Positions 1 to 6,900 of a stretch of DNA of 28,662 bases are shown here, piece after piece. Both the position numbers and the translations under genes were made by a program. Below the pieces are notes generated by a model. It did not search any database and was not told the origin of the DNA. It saw only the letters and a list, made by a program, of their open reading frames with translations. How positions within the stretch are numbered: the stretch's first letter is position 1; each line of letters opens with the position of its first letter. This stretch comes from a virus (taxonomy: Duplodnaviria; Caudoviricetes): positions 1 through 28,662 of the IMG/VR virus record IMGVR_UViG_3300044949_001262, one strand, 5' to 3'.

Positions 1-2
1 CA

Positions 3-251
3 CCCACAGCAAAACGACTTGTCGGCTCACGCAGGTCGGTCTTTGCCAACATCAGCGACCAGGCACACGCCCGGCTGCAGCGGAGGGCGCCGGCGGCGCA
101 TCTCACCGCGGCCAAATACACCGGCGTGGCCCTCGAGTTCTACATGGAGCTGGAGGAAGCCTTCGGTGGCCCCATGACCGAGCAGTTCCGGTCGATGATC
201 CTGCGCAACGTTGGCGGGATGGCCGCGAAGCTGGAAAAAGCCCTCAAGTAA
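3..251 (+). CDS. Partial (5'-truncated) putative ribbon-helix-helix DNA-binding protein
   Basis: Open frame from the window edge to TAA 249-251: PTAKRLVGSRRSVFANISDQAHARLQRRAPAAHLTAAKYTGVALEFYMELEE. The strand-helix-helix pattern resembles Arc/CopG proteins. Not in the ORF track because no start is in the window. Confidence 0.55.
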   Translation, partial: PTAKRLVGSRRSVFANISDQAHARLQRRAPAAHLTAAKYTGVALEFYMELEEAFGGPMTEQFRSMILRNVGGMAAKLEKALK

Positions 252-277
252 CCCGCTGATTTACAGAGGGAAGTAAC

Positions 278-355
278 TATTTTGCAAAATATTGCAAATA
301 ATGCTTGCAGATGCCTACAGATGCCGTAAGGTGCTGACAGATGCCAACAGCATCT
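278..355 (+). promoter_or_regulatory. Promoter/operator region with five phased 10-bp repeats
   Basis: Palindrome TATTTTGCAAAATA 278-291. Tandem 10-mers ATGCTTGCAG/ATGCCTACAG/ATGCCGTAAG/GTGCTGACAG/ATGCCAACAG 301-350. Candidate -35 TTGCAG 305-310 and -10 TAAGGT 327-332. Confidence 0.6.
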
Positions 356-363
356 AACACCAC

Positions 364-639
364 ATGAAAAACCTAATCGTCAAACTATCGCACCGCAGCA
401 ATCCAGACATCGACGGAGGCTACTGGAACGAGCCAGAGGAAAGCGGCAAGACGCAAAACGTGCCTGTTGGCAGTTTTGCTGAAGCATCCAAGACTTGCAG
501 CGCATTCATTCGCCGCAACCAACTTGGTGGCGGCAACTGGACTGGCGGCAACATCTATGAGGGTCGCAAGAAAATTGGTCGCGTTAGCTTCAATGGTCGC
601 GTTTGGGACAATGACGGCAACGAGATTGTTGTCGATTAA
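364..639 (+). CDS. Hypothetical phage early protein
   Basis: 91-aa ORF right after the promoter-like region, with distinctive LGGGNWTGG and SFNGRVW motifs. Confidence 0.8.
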   Translation: MKNLIVKLSHRSNPDIDGGYWNEPEESGKTQNVPVGSFAEASKTCSAFIRRNQLGGGNWTGGNIYEGRKKIGRVSFNGRVWDNDGNEIVVD

Positions 640-643
640 GCCA

Positions 644-820
644 ATGAACATCCACGCCATCGCCCACACCGCCGCGGACTTCAACGCCACGCACGACTAC
701 GATGTGGCTGCCGCGCTCAAACTCACCGAGCTTGTCATCCGGCACGCGCATGTTGTCCAATTGGCGCGTAAGGAAGCCGCCGACCCGCAGCTTTCGCTAC
801 CCCTGGAGGTCGCCCAGTGA
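644..820 (+). CDS. Small hypothetical protein (58 aa, MNIHAIAH...)
   Basis: ATG 644 lies 4 nt after the previous stop; the stop overlaps the next gene's GTG (GTGA). Confidence 0.65.
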   Translation: MNIHAIAHTAADFNATHDYDVAAALKLTELVIRHAHVVQLARKEAADPQLSLPLEVAQ

Positions 821-1194
821 GACCGCTCGCCATCCTCGCCGTGCTCCTCACCGGCTGCGCCACCGATCCGGTGCCTGACCGCTACCGCACCGCCGAGCCG
901 GTCGTTACCGTAGAGATCGCCACGCTGCCACCCGGCGCGCTCGTCTACTTGAACGCCGAATACATCGGCACCTCGCCGGTCACGGTCAAGCTGGTCGCCG
1001 ATCAGTTCGGCAAATGGAAGCAAGACTCCATCATCCGCGCCGTTGTCCCGCACGACAGCGTCGCCTTCGAGGAGATGGTGTATCCGAGCGGCTACCGGGT
1101 TCCGTCCCGCGTCCTGCTGCGCGTGCCTGGGTATACGCACTGGTACAGCGCCACCCAGCCCAAGCCACCGCAACCGCTTGCCGTTAACCCTTGA
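817..1194 (+). CDS. Lipoprotein with PEGA-like domain
   Basis: Signal peptide and lipobox MRPLAILAVLLTG-C; PEGA-like segment VEIATLPPGALVYLNAEYIGTSPVTVKL. Confidence 0.75.
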   Translation: MRPLAILAVLLTGCATDPVPDRYRTAEPVVTVEIATLPPGALVYLNAEYIGTSPVTVKLVADQFGKWKQDSIIRAVVPHDSVAFEEMVYPSGYRVPSRVLLRVPGYTHWYSATQPKPPQPLAVNP

Positions 1195-1227
1195 AACTTT
1201 CACCCAACCCAAACACAAACACACCAC

Positions 1228-1521
1228 ATGAAATCCAAAACCAAATCCACCAAGCGCAAGCCAGCTTGCGATAATACCGACCTCAACGCCACCGAGTTCC
1301 AAGTGTATTACTCGGTTGAAGACCACGGCCAGTGGGAGCACGACGAATCATTCGCCACGCTCGCCGAGGCTGAGGCTTATTGCCGCGACAAAAGCCATGC
1401 CTACGCCACCGACGAGGATGACGAGATCGCGGCGCCGTGGGAGTTCTACATCTACGAAACCAAGTGCGTCCGCGTCTTCCGCGGCAAAGTGAAACGCGAG
1501 CTAATCTTGGAGGAGCAATGA
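1228..1521 (+). CDS. Hypothetical acidic protein
   Basis: 97-aa ORF after a CA-rich leader; ATGA coupling to the next gene. Confidence 0.75.
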   Translation: MKSKTKSTKRKPACDNTDLNATEFQVYYSVEDHGQWEHDESFATLAEAEAYCRDKSHAYATDEDDEIAAPWEFYIYETKCVRVFRGKVKRELILEEQ

Positions 1522-1742
1522 CCCGCCACGACTACTTCGCCACCGGCACCTTCCCGTGGGGCGGTCTACGCCTCGCCGGTCGCCGCTTCGACAGCCCCGA
1601 GCTATTCGCCATGATGCGCCGGCAGTGCCTCAGCGACAACTGCGTGCGGCATGCGTGCGCTGACCTCGATGTGCTGCCATTCGCCGAGGAAGTTGCGGGG
1701 ATTGAGCGACACATTCTCCGCAGAGAAGCCGCCTACTGCTGA
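1518..1742 (+). CDS. Hypothetical protein (74 aa, MTRHDYF...)
   Basis: ATG overlaps the previous TGA; ends in a convergent overlap with the integrase stop. Confidence 0.6.
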   Translation: MTRHDYFATGTFPWGGLRLAGRRFDSPELFAMMRRQCLSDNCVRHACADLDVLPFAEEVAGIERHILRREAAYC

Positions 1743-2848
1743 TCCCAAACGGACGCCACGTCCACCTCTCGATCGTACACACTATAAAAACGACTGGTTG
1801 TGTTGGGGCTTACGTGGCCGAGCATGTGCTGCACGACCGAGATGCGTCCCGTGGCGTTCAGCATATCGCTACCAGCTTGCCGTCGCAGCTCGTAAGCGGC
1901 GGACCGGCGATCCGGTAAAAACTCGCGCACCCACATGTTGAAGTTGCGTTCCATGAATTTCATCCGCGTGCCAGCAGTGCGGCCAACGACCATGAAGTCG
2001 TCTGCGTCAAGCAGCTCCGGCACCATCCACGTTGGGATCGCCATGACGCGCCCGCGCTTGTAGCCGGTCTTGAGTGTCAGCCCTTCGTCCTCCCTCTCAA
2101 TCAGCACCAACACATGCCGGTCGCCGCGGTCTTCGATCCAGCCTCTGCGGCAGTAGGCGACCTCCTTGGGCGTCATGCCCAGGTAGCGCGTCAGCAAAAA
2201 TGCGCGCCGCGTAGACCCGCCGATTGCCTTGCTGGAATTATCCATCTTGATAAGTATCTCGGGCGGAATCCGCACAAACGTCGAGACCGGCGCCCGCATG
2301 CCCCTGGTTGATGCGGCGAACTTGGCAATGGTGTCCGGCAACTCAAAGCCTTCCCAGTCCAGCGGGTGCGCAAAGATGGCGCGCGTGGCGGCGAGATTGG
2401 TGCGCACGCTGTAGGCGCTTCCCTGAAACTTCTCCCGATACTTGGCCACCAATAGAGGCGAGATAACCGAGAGCGGCTTGGCGCGCACCGCATCGTTGTT
2501 GCCGCCGAAGACCGTGCGCAGAATCAGGAGCAGGCAGTTGACATTGGCGTGGCGGCTGGCGATTTTGCTCACCTGCAAATAATGATCAATTGCCTTACCA
2601 ACTGGGAGCGCCGTGGATCGCATAGCGTGATCTTTGAGGGCTGCGATGCCCTTGATGGCCGTGGCGTTAAGGATGACCTGCGCCTTGGCCTTGGCCATGT
2701 CGAGGTTGGCGGTGCCGAGCGAGACCCGCTGCCGCTTGCGCAGGCCGGGATGGTAGAACTTGAGTTGCCAGCGCGGCGAGGCGCCCGTGGTGTAAATGCG
2801 TCCGGTGATGCCGCTGCCTTTGATCGTGTGCATGCCGCTCTTTCGCAC
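1733..2848 (-). CDS. int: Tyrosine recombinase / phage integrase
   Basis: N-terminal arm-binding-like region (WQLKFY...RQRVSLGT), box I-like LLTRYLGMTPKEV, LKTG lysine, box II YELRR...HMLGH...TSRFY. Adjacent to an att-like site. Start may be GTG 2848 or ATG 2833. Confidence 0.88.
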   Translation of the reverse strand: MRKSGMHTIKGSGITGRIYTTGASPRWQLKFYHPGLRKRQRVSLGTANLDMAKAKAQVILNATAIKGIAALKDHAMRSTALPVGKAIDHYLQVSKIASRHANVNCLLLILRTVFGGNNDAVRAKPLSVISPLLVAKYREKFQGSAYSVRTNLAATRAIFAHPLDWEGFELPDTIAKFAASTRGMRAPVSTFVRIPPEILIKMDNSSKAIGGSTRRAFLLTRYLGMTPKEVAYCRRGWIEDRGDRHVLVLIEREDEGLTLKTGYKRGRVMAIPTWMVPELLDADDFMVVGRTAGTRMKFMERNFNMWVREFLPDRRSAAYELRRQAGSDMLNATGRISVVQHMLGHVSPNTTSRFYSVYDREVDVASVWDQQ

Positions 2849-2866
2849 GGCAAAAACGGCGCGTCA

Positions 2867-3067
2867 AATAGTTTGGCAGAACTTTGGTCGAAACTTTGGC
2901 AAAAAGTTGGCTATCCCATGTTCAACCAGATACATTGTTTTACACTCTCGTCACAAGAATTTGATAGTTCGCCGGCATAGCACAGCGGTAGTGCACCTGA
3001 TTTGTTCTCAGGTGATTTTGCCGGGTTTACCCAGACGTGCTAAGGGGTATGGCCAATAGTTTGGCAG
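2867..3067. mobile_element. Putative attP: core inverted repeat plus arm-type integrase sites
   Basis: Exact 13-bp direct repeat AATAGTTTGGCAG at 2867-2879 and 3055-3067. Related ACTTTGGTC, ACTTTGGCA and AGTTGGCTA at about 2881-2913. Central inverted repeat CACCTGA-N7-TCAGGTG at 2994-3014. Confidence 0.75.
2971..3012 (+). pseudogene. 5' fragment of tRNA-Thr(TGT)
   Basis: Acceptor strand GCCGGCA, TA, D arm GCAC-AGCGGTA-GTGC, A, anticodon arm CCTGA-TTTGTTC-TCAGG. No T arm (no GTTCRA) and no correctly placed CCA. Confidence 0.8.
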
Positions 3068-3076
3068 TATTCAGAC

Positions 3077-3105
3077 TTGACTTTTGATAGCTGATCTGTC
3101 ATAAT
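3077..3105 (+). promoter_or_regulatory. Sigma70-like promoter for the HNH gene
   Basis: TTGACT 3077-3082, 17-bp spacer, TG-n-CATAAT (extended -10) 3097-3105. Confidence 0.65.
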
Positions 3106-3164
3106 AGACGTTGACAAAGTGGGTTGCTGCCCACTCTGCCAACTAACTTCAACCATGAGATACC

Positions 3165-3854
3165 ATGATCAAAGCTACGTCTATTATGCCCGTCACTCGA
3201 CGCGGCGTCAATTCCAATAAGCCCCTCAAGCGCGGCGACACTCGTCCAGACGGCCTAGTCTTTTGGGCATACCGCAAGAGTGGTGAGCGTTGGATTGCGC
3301 CAGAAGACCTCAAGGCCCGCCGCGAACGGGTGCGCCTTGCCGTTGCTGCGCACTACTACCGGAACATTGAGACGCAGCGCCAGAAGGCCCGAGAGCGCCA
3401 ACAGACGCCGCGCGTCCAGCTTATACGGAAGGCTTACAAGGCTCGCGAGGATGTCCGAGAGCGCCGCCGCGCCTTGGATCGCCAGCGCCTAGCCAAGCTG
3501 CGCAAAGAAAGCCCCGAATACCGGCTGGCCTGCTCTGTCCGCCGCCGCATGCTCAATGCCCTGCATGGCCATCTAAAGGCCGACAAGTCAATGGTGCTCC
3601 TCGGTTGCTCGCCCGCCGACCTGCGCCTGTGCCTCGAGGCCCGCTTTGAACCCGGCATGACGTGGGAGAACTACGGCACCGTGTGGCAGGTTGACCATGT
3701 AATTCCCCTCGCCACCTACGATCTCACCGACCCAGCCCAACAGCGCGAAGCCTTCCACTACACCAACCTCCAGCCGCTCTGGGCGTCCGCCAACATGGCC
3801 AAGGGCGACACGGTGGAGGGCGAGGATATGGTGCTAGGGATGCTGGCGGCTTAG
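3165..3854 (+). CDS. HNH endonuclease (free-standing, homing-like)
   Basis: MTWENYG..WQVDHVIPL...FHYTNLQPLWASANMAKGD matches the HNH pattern of phage and large-DNA-virus endonucleases; basic helical N-terminal region. Confidence 0.88.
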   Translation: MIKATSIMPVTRRGVNSNKPLKRGDTRPDGLVFWAYRKSGERWIAPEDLKARRERVRLAVAAHYYRNIETQRQKARERQQTPRVQLIRKAYKAREDVRERRRALDRQRLAKLRKESPEYRLACSVRRRMLNALHGHLKADKSMVLLGCSPADLRLCLEARFEPGMTWENYGTVWQVDHVIPLATYDLTDPAQQREAFHYTNLQPLWASANMAKGDTVEGEDMVLGMLAA

Positions 3855-3856
3855 GC

Positions 3857-3888
3857 AAAAAAGAAAGGGCCAGCCGTAGCTGACCCTT
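3857..3888 (-). terminator. Rho-independent terminator of the late operon (possibly bidirectional)
   Basis: Minus strand AAGGGTCAGC-TACG-GCTGGCCCTT followed by TCTTTTTT. C(UACG)G tetraloop; the single mismatch is a G-U pair on this strand. Confidence 0.85.
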
Positions 3889-3915
3889 AGTCTCTTTCTG
3901 GGTGTGCCAGATGAG

Positions 3916-6900
3916 CTATTGTTGGCCGTCCAGCTCACTCATTGCCGCGCCTGCGGCAAGGGCAGCGATGCCGTAGCTAATTTCTGGGCGGCTAAAATTG
4001 AAGCGCTTGGACAAGGGCACCGGTTTGCCTTTTTTGTCGTAGGTGAACGCCGCCGCCGATTTGATCTGCTCTGGCTCAAAGACAACAATCTCATCGCCAT
4101 TGCGCCCCTGCATGATCGCATCGTGCCCCTTGTCGCGGATGGCCTTGGTAATCTCAGGGAACCTAGTCATGTATCCCTCTGGATGGTAATCCGCTTTAAT
4201 CCCGTGTTCCTTTTCCAAAAACTCGGCGATAAGCAGCATCTTGGTTTCCGCATCGCTTAGGTCTGGATTAACCCGCCCAGTTAGGTTCGTTGTCTCAAAG
4301 CTGCCCTTGCTACCACCGCTTGACGTGTAGTCGTAATCGACAGTTTCTTTCTTGGTCCAACCTGCCTTGTAATTGCCGCGGATGCTATCTTCAACCGTCT
4401 CAACCTTGATCCTCTTGTTGTAGTTGTCGATCATTCTAGACAGCGTCACAGCGTTAATCGGCGTTACTTCTCCCTCGCCATTCTTCCACTTGACCTTGTC
4501 TACGGTTATTTTTTTACCAATCTCAGGGAACCTGTCTGCGATGTTTTTCAAAAATACAAGACTGTCTACGCCCATGAAGTTGATGCGCTCGCCTTGAAAC
4601 GTGGCAAGGTCCGAGAAGATAAACGGGTTTTTTGCCTGCAGATAAAATTCGCCGACCTGCGATCCGTAATAGCCTGCTTCGCCGGGACTGTATTTCTCGT
4701 CTCCGAAAGTGAAATAGAACCCGCGCCCATAAAAGCCAGCATCATTCTTTGTGCCGATTCTGCCTTTGTCAAAAATCTCAATCTCGTCCAGATTTGCGGA
4801 GCCATGCCACCCCTTGATAAGTCCAGCGCGTTGCGCGGCATCGTTGACGGCGGCCTGCGCAGCCTCAATGGCGGCCGAATCTCCGGCCCTTGCTTGCTGC
4901 TCAAGACTTACATATTCCGCATCCGGCATAAACTGCGCCTGCGCCCGATACATGCCCTCATGCGTTGTCTCGATGCCCTTCGACTTGTCCCAAAGCCAGT
5001 GGTGCATAACGTGCGACCACACCTCCGGGCTAATGTCTGCCCCGCCCGGAACCTCATCGCGCAACGCATTGATGCGCTGATCGATGCGCCGGAACATCTC
5101 TTGGCTTACGCGCCGGTCGCTTATTGATTCCTTTACGCTGCGCGCCAGCGTTGCCTTGCGCGTGTTTAGCTTGCCGATGTCGGCCTTGCCGGTCAGCCAG
5201 AAGTTGATTTCAACCGCATCAATGGTCGGCACGTCGCCGATTCCAAGCAAATGCGCGATGAATCCCTTCTTGCCTGTCTTGATGCCGCGGAGCTGCTGCA
5301 CTGCATCCATTACCTTGCCGGTGTCCGCGCGGCTGGCGTTTAAGTCGGCCAGCACCTTGTCCATCGTGCGAATGTTGTCGGGATTGAACGCGCCGAGGTT
5401 GTTGAAGCGGTCATCGCCGTATGCCTTGCGAATGGCGACCAGCTCCTTCCAGTCGTCTGGGCTGAAGCGACCGGCCTCAAAGTTATTGAGCGCCCGCTGG
5501 CCAGCGTCGGTCCCGAGCCAATACGCTGCAGCCTCCTCGGGACGAATGGCCGCGCGGCCCTGCTTGTCGGCCGTTGTGAAATCTTTCGATGGGCGGAACT
5601 TGATGCCGTCCTTGGCCACGTTGTTGGCGATGACCTCGACCGCGCGCGCGCCAGAGCCTTGGGACGCCACAGTCATCGCATACGCCTTCATCACATCGCG
5701 GCGCGTCATCTGGCCGTTGGCCAATTTTTGGCGCTGGTCGGTAATGAATTGCGCGACCGGCCTAAGATATTCTGGGAATCCGCCAACGACATCTGCGGCA
5801 ACTTTTGTCGGGATAAATTGTGAGCGCTTGAGTTGCTCAAATGTCTCCGCGGCCTTTGACTGCGCTTCAGCATCCGGCATCGCCTGCCCACGCCTCTGCA
5901 ACGCCCGCCGCAACTGCGGATCTTCCTGCCGTACGCCGCGGCGCTCCAGCTCTGCGCTGATCGCCTCGTTGCGCCGGAGCAGCTCGCGGGTCTGCGCGGC
6001 GCCGCCACGCACCGGACGGCCCTCACGCATGCCCAAGGTGGACAGGCCGAGGTAGCCTTGGTTCTCCTCGTATTGGCGTTGGAGTTGGTCGGTGGGAACG
6101 GACTCGAGGGAGTCTGGCATAAACCGCACGTCCGGCTTCGTCTGGTCAAATCGGCGCGACAGAGGGATGACGTTGCCTTGGGAGTCGCGGGTGATGGGGT
6201 CAGCAGATTTGATTTGATTAGAGTCGAAAACAACATAGCTCAACTCGCCGCCTCCCTCAACTCTGTTAGGATACATCAAGCCGTCGTATCCCAATTTGCG
6301 AAGCAACCTTATGGCATCTTCATCGCTTTTAATATGGTTTTGCAGCGCATTCAGTTTTGCATCGTTCAGGGCGTTTTTTTCTTGGATAGATTGAACATCC
6401 GAATCAATTTGCCTTGGAAAGTTCGCAACCTCATCGGCTAGAATGTTATTTCTTGCCCGCGATTCTTGGTCTGTCGCCCAATAAGTTTTTTCTCCTAAAG
6501 CGCCGACTCCTCCGCTTCTTTGTTTTGTCAGCACCTCTGGCGACAAACGTGTTGTCATAAGGACAACTCGGGCGCGTTCTCTTGAAAAGTTAAATGAGTC
6601 CATCGTTGCACCAAAACGCCCCTTGAGATAGCCCTTAAATAAGTTTCGCGTTCCTAGCTTTATTCCGGCTCTTTCTCTAGCCTGCGCCTCCGTTCCAAAG
6701 TGAAACCCAAGCTCTCTTTTGGATTTATCAAAAACATTGAATGCCAATCCTTTTTTGTGCGGAGAAGAGGCGTGGGATGTTGATCCGTGCCACACTGGGC
6801 CAACTTCATACCCCGCAACCCTTGCTGCCTCATCCACCATCCGCTGCGCCGCGTCCATGTCGCCGCGACCAACGGCAGCCATATAGTCAGCATTCATTCC

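Noticed and set aside
301-350. CRISPR-like or iteron array
   Set aside because: Units are 10 bp with no spacers, and no cas or rep gene is adjacent; an operator is more parsimonious.
697-1341. 214-aa - strand ORF
   Set aside because: Antisense to three coupled + strand genes that have better motif support.
2971-3045. Complete functional tRNA gene
   Set aside because: No T arm, atypical position 37 and no properly placed CCA; treated as an att fragment.
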